Positions 1 to 10,755 of a stretch of 64,000 bases of DNA are shown here, piece by piece; positions within the stretch are counted from its first letter, which is position 1; each line of letters opens with the position of its first letter. The translations under genes and the position numbers were made by a program. The notes under the pieces are model-generated. The model did no database searches. It was not told where the DNA came from and saw only the letters and a list, made by a program, of their open reading frames with translations. This DNA is from Candidatus Korobacteraceae bacterium (GTDB taxonomy: Bacteria; Acidobacteriota; Terriglobia; Terriglobales; Acidobacteriaceae): the NCBI GenBank assembly GCA_049511915.1, contig JBEKXQ010000010.1, positions 4,215 to 68,214 on the forward strand, read 5' to 3'.

Positions 1-15
1 TCCGGGGCGCCGGCT

Positions 16-1470
16 ATGTCCTGGAATGCAACGAGTAGCGGCGCTCCATGGTGGCGAACTCTGGCCTTTCGCCTGACAGCGGGCTATGCACTAGCTGGTT
101 TGTGTCTGGTATTCCTCGCGACGATCAGTCTTTATTTGGTGTTGCGCTCAGAGCTGGAAAAAAGCACGGATCTGTTTCTCGTCGACAAACTCCACGTGGT
201 ACGCACACTTTTGCGTGAGCGGCCCGATGACTGGGATGCGCTAAAGGAAGAAATTGAGCTGGAGTCCGCCGCCCGGCGATATCAGCAATTTTATATTCGC
301 CTCCTTGACGAGCACCACACACCACTATTGACGACGCCAGGGATGGCTGAGCAATTAAGCCTTTCGCAACTTGCCAGCGAAGTGCAGAGCCGGCCCGATC
401 GTCCTTTTTCGATGAAAGGAACGCAGGGGCGATCCTTTCGCGTCACCAGCGCGCAAGCGGAAGTTGGTTCACCTTCCACGCGAATGGACACAATTGAAAT
501 TGCCATTGACGTGTCGCAGCAAGAGGCGTTGCTGGCCCGCTATCGGCGTTGGTTCTTCGCAATTCTTCTGGGAGCATTCGTGATATTTCCCCTGATCGGA
601 TACCAGGTTGCGCGTCACGGCATTCGGCCAGTCGAAGAGATTGCAACCACGGCTCGCCACATCAGCTCAACGAATCTGCGCGAGCGTATTTTGCCGGAAG
701 GCTATCCGTTTGAACTAGCTTCCCTGGCCGATACCTTCAACAAAATGCTTGACCGGCTGGAAGAATCCTTCGAGCAGATTTCCAGGTTCTCCGCCGACAT
801 TGCGCACGACCTGCGCACGCCCGTGAATAACATACGTGGCGAAGCTGAAGTGGCCCTGGCCCGCCCTCGCACCGGCGACGAATATCGCGACGTGCTGGTG
901 TCTTGTCTGGAAGAAGCCGTGCGCCTGTCGGCCCTGATCAGTGATCTTTTGTTTTTAGCTCACGCGGAAAGCCCGCTGCCCCACTTGCATCGCGAACGCG
1001 TGAATGTCGCCGAGTTGCTCGACGGAGTGCGGGAATACTACGAGGCTTCCGCCGAGGATGGCGGCATCTCGCTGACAACGGTTGTCGCTGGCGAGCCGGT
1101 CTTCGCAGAACTGGATCGCACTCTCTTGCAAAGGGCAGTAGGCAATCTGGTGTCGAATGCCGTGGCGCACACGCAATCCGGCGGCTCGGTAGTGCTGGGG
1201 ACGGCAGTGGGAACCGGAGCTGACGGCTCCACTGTCCGCATCGAAGTTTCTGATACCGGCGAGGGCATTCCGCCGGAGGCCCTGCCCAAAGTTTTCGACC
1301 GTTTCTACCGAGTGGATGCATCGCGCTCCCAAGCGTCCGGCGGTACCGGATTGGGATTATCGATCGTTCAGAGCATCATGCTGCTCCACGGCGGCAATGT
1401 AGAGATCGCCAGCCAAGTAGGCCAGGGCACTCGCGTCACCCTTCAGATTCCGTTCTCGGCCCCAAGATGA
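16..1470 (+). CDS. Two-component sensor histidine kinase, heavy-metal (CusS/CzcS-like) type
   Basis: 484-aa ORF with N-terminal TM segments. H-box FSADIAHDLRTPVNNIRG, N-box GNLVSNAVAHT, G1 DTGEGIP, G2 GGTGLGLSIV. The layout matches the heavy-metal sensor kinase family. The partner response regulator is not in the window. Confidence 0.9.
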   Translation: MSWNATSSGAPWWRTLAFRLTAGYALAGLCLVFLATISLYLVLRSELEKSTDLFLVDKLHVVRTLLRERPDDWDALKEEIELESAARRYQQFYIRLLDEHHTPLLTTPGMAEQLSLSQLASEVQSRPDRPFSMKGTQGRSFRVTSAQAEVGSPSTRMDTIEIAIDVSQQEALLARYRRWFFAILLGAFVIFPLIGYQVARHGIRPVEEIATTARHISSTNLRERILPEGYPFELASLADTFNKMLDRLEESFEQISRFSADIAHDLRTPVNNIRGEAEVALARPRTGDEYRDVLVSCLEEAVRLSALISDLLFLAHAESPLPHLHRERVNVAELLDGVREYYEASAEDGGISLTTVVAGEPVFAELDRTLLQRAVGNLVSNAVAHTQSGGSVVLGTAVGTGADGSTVRIEVSDTGEGIPPEALPKVFDRFYRVDASRSQASGGTGLGLSIVQSIMLLHGGNVEIASQVGQGTRVTLQIPFSAPR

Positions 1471-1663
1471 CGAAAACGTAATTTTCGCGTCATGTTGGCG
1501 TCTCCTCTCCCTTTCTAAGCTGTCGTGGGCTGGTGCTTACGCTCTTGGGCCAAGCCCTCGAGGAACAAGTGAGAACCGTTGTCCAGCATTACCTTTGCCA
1601 CCGATCAACTGAAAACCTTACGCAGTGCAAACCTGAGCCAGTTCCTTTGTGGAGAAAACATTT

Positions 1664-4591
1664 ATGCAGATGAATTCGTTTCGCAACAGTTCTCGGATCC
1701 TGAGGGGCCTGATCGCTGGCCTGCTGTGGATAGGGCTGAGCGTTTCGGCGTTCGGTCAGTCCCAGTACTTCCCAACCTACACTCCCGGCCCGCTGGGAAA
1801 CGGCTGGGTTGTGGCTAATGGTCAGATCATCACCCCCGCGGGAACCCAAGTCAACCTCGCTGTCACGGAAAGCAGCGGCACCGGGGTTCGCGCCAAAGCC
1901 ATCGCACTCAACCCCAACCCGGCTTCGAATGGCCATCGCACCGCCGCTGTGCTTACCTTGGGCTCCAAGACGGTGTCCGGCGCCGTCCAGATCTTCGACG
2001 TAACTACCGGCGCCATTTTGCAGGCGTTTGTCCCGAACGGCAGTGCAAAGGGCAGCACCGCCGGCCTGGCCTATACGGCGGACGGCAGCCACCTGCTGTT
2101 CAGCCAGGACAACAGCTACGTTACCGTCGCCAGTGTCGCGGCTGACGGCACGCTGACCTACGTTTCTCAGGTCAATCTTCCGGTGAACCTTAACTTCATC
2201 ACCTGTTTCCCGAACAGCCCTCCGGGAACCACGGGCAGCGCGGAAATCCCTTGCGGCCAGACCGTCTCTTCGAACACAGCTTACCCCCTCGGCCTCGCGA
2301 TCTCGCCGGATAGCACGACCGCCTACTCCGTGCTGGACACGGACGATACGCTGACCAAGATCAACCTGACCACGAACCCCCCGACGCAGGTTGCGGAAAT
2401 TCGCGTGGGTAACGTCCCCAACAGCGTCGTGCTCTCGAGCAATGGCAGCACCGCCTACGTCTCCAATGAGGGCGGCCGGATTGCTACCGCGGACGACTTC
2501 CAGGAATATTCCAACGGTACCAATGTCGTCGGAATAAACCCGCAGGGCGGCATCGCCACAGCCACCATTTCGGTGGTGAATCTGGACACCTTTACGCTCA
2601 CCAACACCATCACGCTGACCGGTCTGCACCCGACTGGCATGGCTCTCTGGGGCCAGTACCTGTTGGCCGCAGACACCTATAGTGACGTCATCTCCGTGAT
2701 CGACACGACCAGCAACACCGAGGTGCGGAAGATCAACCTTGGGCTGCCGATCGGAGTGCTCGGCACGAACGCCGTTGGCCCGAGCTTCGGGCAGCCAGGC
2801 GCTCCTGCCTATGGCGCGGCACCAAATTCGATCGCCGTGGACTCCGTGAATAACATCGCCTACGTTGCCGATTACAACGCCAATGCGATCGCCGTCGTCG
2901 ACCTTAGCGCCGGCGCGAAGAAACCCGTCACAGGCATGATCCCGGTCGGCTATGCGCCGGCTTCGGTTGTGCTGGACGTGCCAGACGCTCTGCTGCTGGT
3001 TGCCAATGACAAGGGCATCGGCACCACCAACACGGATCTTAGCCAAAATTGCGCAACCCTCTATAGCGTATGCGGCTTCAATAGCCACCAGGACATGGGC
3101 ACTGTCAGCATCGTTCCCATTCCGGGCAGCGCAACGCTGGCGCAGGATACGGTACAGGTCTACCAGAACAATCACTGGGATTTGACGACGAATATCTCGG
3201 GGGCCTCAGGCGGTAACCCGAAAATCGCGCCGGTTGCAATCCCGGTGAAGATCGGCTCCCCCTCGTTTATCAAGCACGTGTTTGTGATCATCCGTGAAAA
3301 CCGCACCTACGATCAGATCCTGGGCGACGTAGCCGCCGGCAATGGCGACCCCTCCCTGGCGGTCTTCGGCGGCATCTACACGCCCAACGCCCACACGCTG
3401 GTCCAGCGCTTCCCGCTTCTGGACAACTTCTACGATCCGAGCCGCCAGTCGGCCGACGGCCACAACTGGATCGTTCAGGCCATGGCACCTTACTCTGACG
3501 ACATCCAGTCGCCCGACTGGGTCCGCGACTATCCCTCCAACGGCGGCGATTCCCTTGCTTACCAGACCAAGGGACATCTGTGGGACCAGGCTGTACAAGC
3601 TGGGGTCTCCTTTAAGAACTACGGCGAGTACGTCGAGTTCAACGAGTTCAGCCCGCCGGGCGGTGGGCACCAGGAGCCGAGCTGGTGCCAGTTCTATGAC
3701 GACACCGTGGCCTACGAAAGTGGCCAGGAACAGCAACTGTATTACTACAACACCGTCTCCTCGTACACCCCGCTCCCGAACCTGCTGAATAACACGGTTC
3801 AGAACTATCCGCAGTTCGACTTGGGCATCCCTGACCAGTTCCGCGTCGATATCTGGAAGCAGGACTTCGCCAACGACGTGACTCACGGCACGGTGCCGCA
3901 GTTGGAATTCATATGGATCAGTTCCGACCACACCGGCGGACCACCGAACGCCATGGCCATGCAGGCCGATAACGACCTGGCGCTTGGCCGCTATATCGAC
4001 ATCATCACCAACAGCTCGGTGTGGCCTACTTCGGCGATCTTCGTCGAGGAAGACGACGCGCAGAATGGCGTTGACCACGTCGACGGCCACCGCAGCCCGG
4101 GCTATGTCGTCAGCCCCTACGTCAACCAGAACGGCTCCACCGACCACACCTTCTACACCCAGGTCAACATGACCCGTACCATCGAGCAGATTCTCGGTAT
4201 GACGCCCATGAACCAGTTCGATCTGTGGGCTTCGCCGATGAGGACCATCTTCACCGACAACCCGCCGCAGGACAACTTCCTGCCGTGGACGCACGTGCCG
4301 GCCGAATATCCGCTGACTTCAGGCACGAACTGTACCTCTCTAGCATCCCTTGCAAAACCTGAAACAAAGGACAGCCCTAAGGTCGCCGCGATGAGGGCTG
4401 CTTGGCTCCAGAAGAAGGCGCAGCTCTTCGCTGGCGACTACACCAGGCCCGACGTTGAAGACCCGGATACCGTCCGCCATTACAACTGGTACGAGGCCAC
4501 CGGGTTTACGCGGCCCTATCCCGGTGAGAAAACCGTTCGGCCCCCGAGCGACTTCAACAACCCGGCTCCCGTTGCCGTTGATAAAGACTAA
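1664..4591 (+). CDS. Secreted YncE/YVTN-type beta-propeller fused to a phosphoesterase (phospholipase C / acid phosphatase family) domain
   Basis: ORF 1649-4591; the ATG at 1664 follows GGAGAA. Signal peptide LLWIGLSVSAFGQ. Propeller-like repeats (STAYVSNEGG, IAYVADYNANAIAVVDL). Phosphoesterase motifs FVIIRENRTYDQILGD and DHVDGHRSPGYVVSPY. Confidence 0.8.
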   Translation: MQMNSFRNSSRILRGLIAGLLWIGLSVSAFGQSQYFPTYTPGPLGNGWVVANGQIITPAGTQVNLAVTESSGTGVRAKAIALNPNPASNGHRTAAVLTLGSKTVSGAVQIFDVTTGAILQAFVPNGSAKGSTAGLAYTADGSHLLFSQDNSYVTVASVAADGTLTYVSQVNLPVNLNFITCFPNSPPGTTGSAEIPCGQTVSSNTAYPLGLAISPDSTTAYSVLDTDDTLTKINLTTNPPTQVAEIRVGNVPNSVVLSSNGSTAYVSNEGGRIATADDFQEYSNGTNVVGINPQGGIATATISVVNLDTFTLTNTITLTGLHPTGMALWGQYLLAADTYSDVISVIDTTSNTEVRKINLGLPIGVLGTNAVGPSFGQPGAPAYGAAPNSIAVDSVNNIAYVADYNANAIAVVDLSAGAKKPVTGMIPVGYAPASVVLDVPDALLLVANDKGIGTTNTDLSQNCATLYSVCGFNSHQDMGTVSIVPIPGSATLAQDTVQVYQNNHWDLTTNISGASGGNPKIAPVAIPVKIGSPSFIKHVFVIIRENRTYDQILGDVAAGNGDPSLAVFGGIYTPNAHTLVQRFPLLDNFYDPSRQSADGHNWIVQAMAPYSDDIQSPDWVRDYPSNGGDSLAYQTKGHLWDQAVQAGVSFKNYGEYVEFNEFSPPGGGHQEPSWCQFYDDTVAYESGQEQQLYYYNTVSSYTPLPNLLNNTVQNYPQFDLGIPDQFRVDIWKQDFANDVTHGTVPQLEFIWISSDHTGGPPNAMAMQADNDLALGRYIDIITNSSVWPTSAIFVEEDDAQNGVDHVDGHRSPGYVVSPYVNQNGSTDHTFYTQVNMTRTIEQILGMTPMNQFDLWASPMRTIFTDNPPQDNFLPWTHVPAEYPLTSGTNCTSLASLAKPETKDSPKVAAMRAAWLQKKAQLFAGDYTRPDVEDPDTVRHYNWYEATGFTRPYPGEKTVRPPSDFNNPAPVAVDKD

Positions 4592-4611
4592 ACCCATTTC
4601 GACTACAATGG

Positions 4612-4642
4612 CCCTCTCCCGATTACCGGGAGAGGGTTTTTT
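4612..4642 (+). terminator. Rho-independent terminator
   Basis: Perfect 10-bp stem CCCTCTCCCG/CGGGAGAGGG with loop ATTAC, followed by TTTTTT. It lies 20 nt after the stop of the phosphoesterase gene. Confidence 0.85.
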
Positions 4643-4808
4643 CATGTGTTTACCTCATCACCGGATCGACTTCGAACACTTCTCACATTGCCAAGTGGCT
4701 CAGATCACTGACAGACGTCCATGAAAATTGGAAAAATGGTATAGGGGGAAGGTTCCTCGGCGTTTTTTCCAGCCATCCCATGGCTCCCGCGTTGTGTGAA
4801 GTAAGACC

Positions 4809-5600
4809 TTGGATCTGCTTTCTCCCGAATTTCGCATCGACGGAACTCCGATGAGCAGGCTACAACCTAACGGATCATTCGCTTGCCCGCCGCCACAAGC
4901 CCGGAGCGGAAGGATGCGCCCCACGCCGATCATCACCGGCATGGCTGCCCCCGTTGGCGTTCTAGGGCTAGCGACCCTGCTGCTATGGCTGTCGGGCGGT
5001 TGGCGATGGGTGGAGGGCTGGATCTTCGGTGTCTGGTGGGTGTCCTTCATGGCCGCCCTTTATTTGTGGCTTCGCCTCAGAGATCCTGCGCTGCTGGCCG
5101 AGCGCATGCGCATGCCCGGCAGCGGTGGTGAATCGCGCTCCGATATGGCTATCCTCTTCGCGATGAAACTGTGCTTCATGGCCTCGCTGTTTCTGTCAGC
5201 GCTGGATGTGCGCTTCGCTTGGATACCGCAGCTGCCGCTGTGGAGCGAAGTATGCGGAGGCATCCTGCTCCTCGTGGGTAGTTTCTTCATGCTCCGCGCG
5301 TTCGTCGATAACACGTATGCGTCGCAACTGGTGCGTATTCAGACCGAGCGCGGCCAGCATGTCATTGACACGGGCGTCTACGGCTTTGTTCGCCACCCCA
5401 TGTATCTTGGGGGAACTCTGATGTTCTTTGGTGGCCCCCTGCTGCTCGGCTCCGTTTGTGGTCTTCTCGCAGGTCTGGCCGCGGTCGGGTTTCTCATGCT
5501 GCGCATCTTAGGCGAGGAGAAGCTGCTGGCACGCGATCTGGAAGGCTACCGGGCCTATTGCGAGAAAGTGCAGTACCGCCTTATACCGCATGTCTGGTAA
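4809..5600 (+). CDS. Isoprenylcysteine carboxyl methyltransferase (ICMT)/phospholipid methyltransferase family membrane protein
   Basis: Multi-TM ORF with the C-terminal family motif GVYGFVRHPMYLGGTLMFFG. The true start is probably an internal Met (for example MRPTPII), so the 5' end is uncertain. Confidence 0.7.
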   Translation: MDLLSPEFRIDGTPMSRLQPNGSFACPPPQARSGRMRPTPIITGMAAPVGVLGLATLLLWLSGGWRWVEGWIFGVWWVSFMAALYLWLRLRDPALLAERMRMPGSGGESRSDMAILFAMKLCFMASLFLSALDVRFAWIPQLPLWSEVCGGILLLVGSFFMLRAFVDNTYASQLVRIQTERGQHVIDTGVYGFVRHPMYLGGTLMFFGGPLLLGSVCGLLAGLAAVGFLMLRILGEEKLLARDLEGYRAYCEKVQYRLIPHVW

Positions 5601-5787
5601 GCACCCCGTCAGCTGGTTGTTGGGGCTCGCGGTGCTCCTCCCCATTGCATCCAGAGAAAGCGCCCGCTCAGGGTTCTCCGTTGCACGAAAACCCTGAACT
5701 GAATGGCCGGTTGCTTGTCCTGGCGTCTACTTCAACTGCCTTACGCTTGGGGTAAATGTCACGTCCTTAAGCTCGTGTACTGGTAGT

Positions 5788-6054
5788 ATGGTATCGGAAT
5801 CGATCAATTACTCGATAACGGTAGGTCACAGCGAATTAATGACGATTCAATACGACATTGCCGACCTCAAGGCCACTCTGGCGTTGGTGCGGGGACGGCT
5901 TGCCATGCTGGAATCGTCGGCTCCCCCCGACACACAGGATTCCGAACTCCGCAAGCGCATTCAGGAAACCAGGATCGAGGAAGGCGTGATCCTGGCTAAG
6001 TTAGCGGAGGTTACAGCAGGGCAATCGGCTTCCCGAACACCAAAATTAGGTTGA
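5788..6054 (+). CDS. Hypothetical small coiled-coil protein
   Basis: 88-aa ORF in slightly AT-richer DNA. No recognisable motif and no clear RBS. Kept only as a possibility. Confidence 0.3.
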   Translation: MVSESINYSITVGHSELMTIQYDIADLKATLALVRGRLAMLESSAPPDTQDSELRKRIQETRIEEGVILAKLAEVTAGQSASRTPKLG

Positions 6055-6126
6055 AACTGCCGCACGCCAGCGCCCAGTATCAGGGTTCTTATGCGATCAT
6101 CTCGCGAAGATCTCTCGGCGCTTGCT

Positions 6127-8628
6127 TTATTCCTGCCGCAGAACAATGTTCGGATCAACTTGCGAGGCCCGACGCGCCGGGATATACGCACCCAGTGCTG
6201 CCATGATAAGAAGGGCTACCGTCACCAGCGCTACCGGAGACAAGTTGAAACCGTGGGCATAAACTCTAACCGCTGTAGGTTTACTCGCCAACACGCTTAG
6301 CACCAGACCGAGCGCGACTCCACTGCCCGCAAGCATCATCCCTTGCCGTAGCACCATCCTGACCACGCTCGGCGGATCGCCCCCTATCGCCATACGGATT
6401 CCGATCTCGCGTTGCCGCAAACTCACCGAATACGTCATGAGCCCGTAGAGCCCGATCAGCGCTAGCGCTAGCCCGAGCAGCGCTAGCCCGCCGATCGCCT
6501 TTATAAACAATCCGAGTGTCTTGGTAGCACGCATGTCGAAGACGTCTTCGATGGAGCGCACGCTATAAATCGGCTGGCGCGAGTCCAACCGCCGCACCAG
6601 TTCACGCAGTGGTCCAGCCGCCTGGCTAGAAGGCCCTTCGGTTTCGAGCATCAGTGTCATTCCTGAGGGCGACCAGTCGCCGCCCACTCCTATCGGAGGA
6701 TTCTGCACCAGCGGCAAATACAGGTGTTCCAGAGATGGCTCAATCGGGAATATATACTTGCTTTGCTTCGCCACTCCGATGATTTTGACGAATGTTCCGT
6801 CCGTGCTATTCAGGCGCAACCGCTTTCCAACAGCGTCCTGGTTCGGATAATAGTTGTGAGCAAACCGTTCATTGACGATGGCCACGCGTTCAGAGTTCTC
6901 CCGGTCGGTGTCGTTGAAGTGGCGGCCTTCAACAATCGGCACACCGATGGTCTCGAAGTAGTCATCGCTCACGATGTTCGAAAGCACGTTGACCGCCTCG
7001 GTTCCAGCGGGCAGCTGGACACCCTCTGGAATAACCCGGATTGCCGGCGGCATGGGAACATAGGGGACTGCCTGAGCAAGAGCCGCGGATTTTACCCCGG
7101 GGAGGACTCGCGCCTGCTCCAGCAAGCGCTTGTAGAACTGCTTGGTTTGCTCTGCCGAGTTCCGCGCCAGCATTGGATTAAAGCTGGCCAAGAGAATATG
7201 GGTGCTGCGGAATCCGGCAGGGGCAGCGAGAAGAATCGACGCTCCTCGATAGGCCTGAGTTCCAGCAACCAGCAATAGTAGGGAAGCCGCCACCTGCGCG
7301 ATCACCAATGCGTTTCTTCCCACCAGTCGATGCCGCTTGCCTTCAGCAGCGGCTGTCGATTTCAAAGCTGAGACCAAATCCGGCTTGGTGCTCTGCAGCG
7401 CCGGAGCCAGTCCAAACAAAACGACGCTGGCTACGGAAACCACGAGCGTAAACAGAAGTACCTGACGATCGAGCCTCACATCCATCACCAAAGGCACGTC
7501 GGCCGGGATGCGCATTTGCGAAAACAGATGCGCGCCCGCTTGAGCCACCACGAGTCCCAGCACGCCGCCCAAGATCGCGATCACCAGGCTTTCTGTCAAC
7601 AACTGACGGATCAATCGGCTGCGCTTTGCTCCCATTGCCAACCGCACGGCGATTTCGCGCGAACGGCCTGAGGCACGGCTCAGCATCAGGTTCATCACAT
7701 TGGCGCAAGCAATCAGCAGCACCATCGCGGCCAGCGCCAACAGGAAGAGGCAAAGCATGGTGGTGATTGGAACCGAGGTCAATTGGTTCATCCGGTAGGT
7801 CGCAACCACCATCGAGCAAGTGCCGTTTGCCTTCGGATATGACTGGGCGAGTTGCTGGCTGATCAGCCGCGCTTCAGCCGCGGCTTGACGAACACCGACT
7901 CCGGGCTTCAGCCGTCCATAAACCGTCAGTAATCGGAGGTCGCGTGCTTCCAGCTCGTTCTGCATCGACCCTGCCAGTGCTGGCTGCATCGCCAGCGGGA
8001 CATATAAGTCGGCACGGATGGCATTATTCGGGCCAGTGAAGGATTCGGGAGCCACGCCAATCACCGTAAAAGGGAGACCATTAAGTAGAATGTCTTTCCC
8101 GATTACGTCAGCGTTCGAGGCAAAATCGGTTCTCCAGAGATCATGCCCCAGCACGACTACTGCATTACGCCCGCGCACTTTGTCCTCGTCATCACGAAAG
8201 CCGCGCCCCAATTCCGGGCTCACGCCCAGAACGTTGAAGAAACTCCCGTTCACCAGCGCCCCGAATTTCATCTCGGGCGGTGCTGTCTTATCGGAGGCAA
8301 AGCCGAACTGCATGTATTGGGAAGCAGACAAACCGGCGAAGGAATTGTTTCTCTTCTGCAGGTCGTCGAAGTCTGGGTACGACAGAGGAGAATAGTCGGT
8401 GAGTCCACCGCCCCCGAGGCTCTCGCCGCGTAATTGTGACTGGATAATGATGATTCCAGAAGCATCGGGCACGGGCAGCGGACGAAGCAGCATGAACGAC
8501 GCAAAGCTGAAGATTGCGGAGGTGGCTCCGATTCCCAAAGCCAGAGATACGATGGCGACGATTGCGAAGCCGGGATTGTGCTTTAGCGTGCGAAAGGCAT
8601 ATCGCAGATCCTGAAAGAGGGTGCTCAT
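6127..8628 (-). CDS. ADOP-family duplicated ABC-type permease (MacB-like periplasmic domain + FtsX, twice)
   Basis: 833 aa. The N-terminus LFQDLRYAFRTLKHNPGFAIVAIVSLALGIGATSAIFS is typical of this family. There are two periplasmic-domain/TM-bundle modules. No ATPase gene is adjacent. Confidence 0.9.
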   Translation of the reverse strand: MSTLFQDLRYAFRTLKHNPGFAIVAIVSLALGIGATSAIFSFASFMLLRPLPVPDASGIIIIQSQLRGESLGGGGLTDYSPLSYPDFDDLQKRNNSFAGLSASQYMQFGFASDKTAPPEMKFGALVNGSFFNVLGVSPELGRGFRDDEDKVRGRNAVVVLGHDLWRTDFASNADVIGKDILLNGLPFTVIGVAPESFTGPNNAIRADLYVPLAMQPALAGSMQNELEARDLRLLTVYGRLKPGVGVRQAAAEARLISQQLAQSYPKANGTCSMVVATYRMNQLTSVPITTMLCLFLLALAAMVLLIACANVMNLMLSRASGRSREIAVRLAMGAKRSRLIRQLLTESLVIAILGGVLGLVVAQAGAHLFSQMRIPADVPLVMDVRLDRQVLLFTLVVSVASVVLFGLAPALQSTKPDLVSALKSTAAAEGKRHRLVGRNALVIAQVAASLLLLVAGTQAYRGASILLAAPAGFRSTHILLASFNPMLARNSAEQTKQFYKRLLEQARVLPGVKSAALAQAVPYVPMPPAIRVIPEGVQLPAGTEAVNVLSNIVSDDYFETIGVPIVEGRHFNDTDRENSERVAIVNERFAHNYYPNQDAVGKRLRLNSTDGTFVKIIGVAKQSKYIFPIEPSLEHLYLPLVQNPPIGVGGDWSPSGMTLMLETEGPSSQAAGPLRELVRRLDSRQPIYSVRSIEDVFDMRATKTLGLFIKAIGGLALLGLALALIGLYGLMTYSVSLRQREIGIRMAIGGDPPSVVRMVLRQGMMLAGSGVALGLVLSVLASKPTAVRVYAHGFNLSPVALVTVALLIMAALGAYIPARRASQVDPNIVLRQE

Positions 8629-9128
8629 TTCTACCCCTCCAAGCTGTCAGCTGCGAACAAAGACGCTTGTCCCCAATCGTGCTGGCGGCGGAAGACCGAC
8701 TGTGGATTGCTTCATTTTCATTGCTACCATCATGAGAGTTCTAGCGCTCCCTTTCTGTGACAGGCGTCACAGCGTGGGGGAAAGGCCCACTCAGATTGAA
8801 CGCACCTTCTGTGCCAGTCGACTCACTCATCAATATGTTGAAAGTTCGAGGTTAGCGGCAGTGGATACCGTTTTGGGACCACAGACTTGTCTCATTTCGC
8901 GACAATACTGTCCGCAAGCAGAACAGTACATCCTTCACTCCTGATCGATGCCGGGTAGGAGCGAATGGACCAGAGGCTTAGTCGCCCAGCGTTAATCGTC
9001 GTCAACTAAATCCGTATCGGGAGACAAGCTCGCATATTCATGACTTGTTAATAATCAAGCTGGCGGAGGTCGACTAGCTTAGAGACGTATTCCAAGCTCA
9101 AAATATGACTTGGTTGGGAGGCATCTGG

Positions 9129-9857
9129 ATGGAGAAGCCATTTGCCGAAACCGAAAGGTCTCCGTGGACAACCCTGTACCGAGTGGGCGGCCTATGTGCG
9201 CTGACCGCCGCCGCCCTGGAAGTCGCTGCCGTCTTTCTCAGTATCATCTTCACGCGCAGGTTCGCCGGTCCTGCATCTGACGCCGTCGTGGAGTGGTTCA
9301 CGCTCCTCCATGACCATCGATTCGTGGGGCTTATCTACCTCGGTATCCTGGACCTTGTCGCCATTGCTCTCATGAGCGTGATGTTCCTCGCCTTGTGTGT
9401 GGCCCTTCGACGAAATCACGAGTCTTCCATGGCAGTTGCTGGTGCGCTCGCATTCCTGGGAATAGCCGTCTACCTCGCGACCACCACCGTTTTTCCTGTG
9501 CTTTCTCTGAGCGACCAATATGAGACGGCGACAACCGATGCTCAGCGAAGCCAGTTAGTGGCGGCAGGCCATGCAGTGCTTTCTATAGGTGGGATAGGCA
9601 CCGGTGCTTATATGGCATTTCTACTCATGGGCATTGCCGGCCTGATGATCTCGGTGGTCATGCTACGGACGAGCATCTTCAGCCGGGTTGCGGCGTACTC
9701 GGGGATCGTGGCGAACGTCGCCACGCTGGCTTACTATTTGGTATCGCTGGTTGCACCCTCCGCTGCTCTCTTCTTCCTTTGGATTTCTGGCCTGCTGTTC
9801 CTGATTTGGATGATCCTGGTCGGCTACAGACTATTGACGTACACGCCATCGTCCTAG
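9129..9857 (+). CDS. Integral membrane protein, function unknown
   Basis: ORF 9105-9857; the ATG at 9129 has GGGAGG 7 nt upstream. About six hydrophobic helices and no catalytic motif. Confidence 0.6.
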   Translation: MEKPFAETERSPWTTLYRVGGLCALTAAALEVAAVFLSIIFTRRFAGPASDAVVEWFTLLHDHRFVGLIYLGILDLVAIALMSVMFLALCVALRRNHESSMAVAGALAFLGIAVYLATTTVFPVLSLSDQYETATTDAQRSQLVAAGHAVLSIGGIGTGAYMAFLLMGIAGLMISVVMLRTSIFSRVAAYSGIVANVATLAYYLVSLVAPSAALFFLWISGLLFLIWMILVGYRLLTYTPSS

Positions 9858-9873
9858 TGAAAAGAAGGCAGCG

Positions 9874-10755
9874 ATGTTAGGTGACAGCACACCTGGTGGA
9901 GTGATGATCAACAACAGCGAACCCGGCCGGTGGGCGCTGTGGCTCAGCTTCCCGCTGGCAGTCCTGCTTGCTATCGCTTGTCTCGGAGGACTGTTTCTTC
10001 CCTCCACCTATGCAAACGAGACAAAAATGCAGGCTGCTCTGGTCGTCGGAAACGACGCGGGGAACCTGTTAGTCATCGCGCCCATCCTGGTGATCACCGC
10101 CATCCTAGTTCTTCGTGGCTCGATTGCGGCACGACTGGTGTGGATGGGAACTCTTGCCTACCTCGTCTACGATTTCCTGAACTACGCACTCGCCATTCAC
10201 TTCAACTCCATGTTTTTGGTGTACTGCGGCATTCTGGGGCTCAGTTGCTACACTTTCGCGGGAAGTCTGCTGCCGCTGCCACTTCCGGAGATTGCCCGCC
10301 GCTTCGGTCCGCGCACTCCCGTGAAAACCACAGCGATCATGCTCCTGCTAATGAGCATGGTTACCGTTTCCCACTGGCTAAGGGATATCATTCCCGCCCT
10401 GCTCGCGCGCCACGTGCCGCAAGCCGTCCGCGATTCCGGCCTCTCGACGGAAGGGGTCGCGGCGCTGGACCTGGCTTTCGGCGTGCCGGCCTTTATGATT
10501 ACCGCAATCCTGCTGCTCCGGCGCAAACCGTTGGGCTTCGCTCTCGGCCCGATTGTGCTGACCTTTCTGTCCCTCAGCAGCCTGGTGCTAGCCCCGATGG
10601 GAATAGCGATGGCCACGCGCGGCTTTGAAACGGGTCACGCTCTGTTCGCGATCGGCTCGGGGATTGCAACAGGCAGCGCCGTCTTGCTGGCGTTATCATT
10701 GCGGTCACAAAAAGCAGACTGTAGAAGTTCTCCCAAGTCACGGACAGCACAGTAG
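9874..10755 (+). CDS. Integral membrane protein, function unknown
   Basis: 293-aa ORF with about eight TM helices. A 16-nt gap after the previous gene suggests one operon. Confidence 0.6.
   Translation: MLGDSTPGGVMINNSEPGRWALWLSFPLAVLLAIACLGGLFLPSTYANETKMQAALVVGNDAGNLLVIAPILVITAILVLRGSIAARLVWMGTLAYLVYDFLNYALAIHFNSMFLVYCGILGLSCYTFAGSLLPLPLPEIARRFGPRTPVKTTAIMLLLMSMVTVSHWLRDIIPALLARHVPQAVRDSGLSTEGVAALDLAFGVPAFMITAILLLRRKPLGFALGPIVLTFLSLSSLVLAPMGIAMATRGFETGHALFAIGSGIATGSAVLLALSLRSQKADCRSSPKSRTAQ

Noticed and set aside
1589-4294. Long minus-strand ORFs (1589-3175, 528 aa; 3206-4294, 362 aa) opposite the phosphoesterase gene
   Set aside because: Arg/Gly/Asp/Val-rich, low-complexity translations typical of antisense shadow ORFs in high-GC DNA. 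The plus-strand product has clear family motifs.
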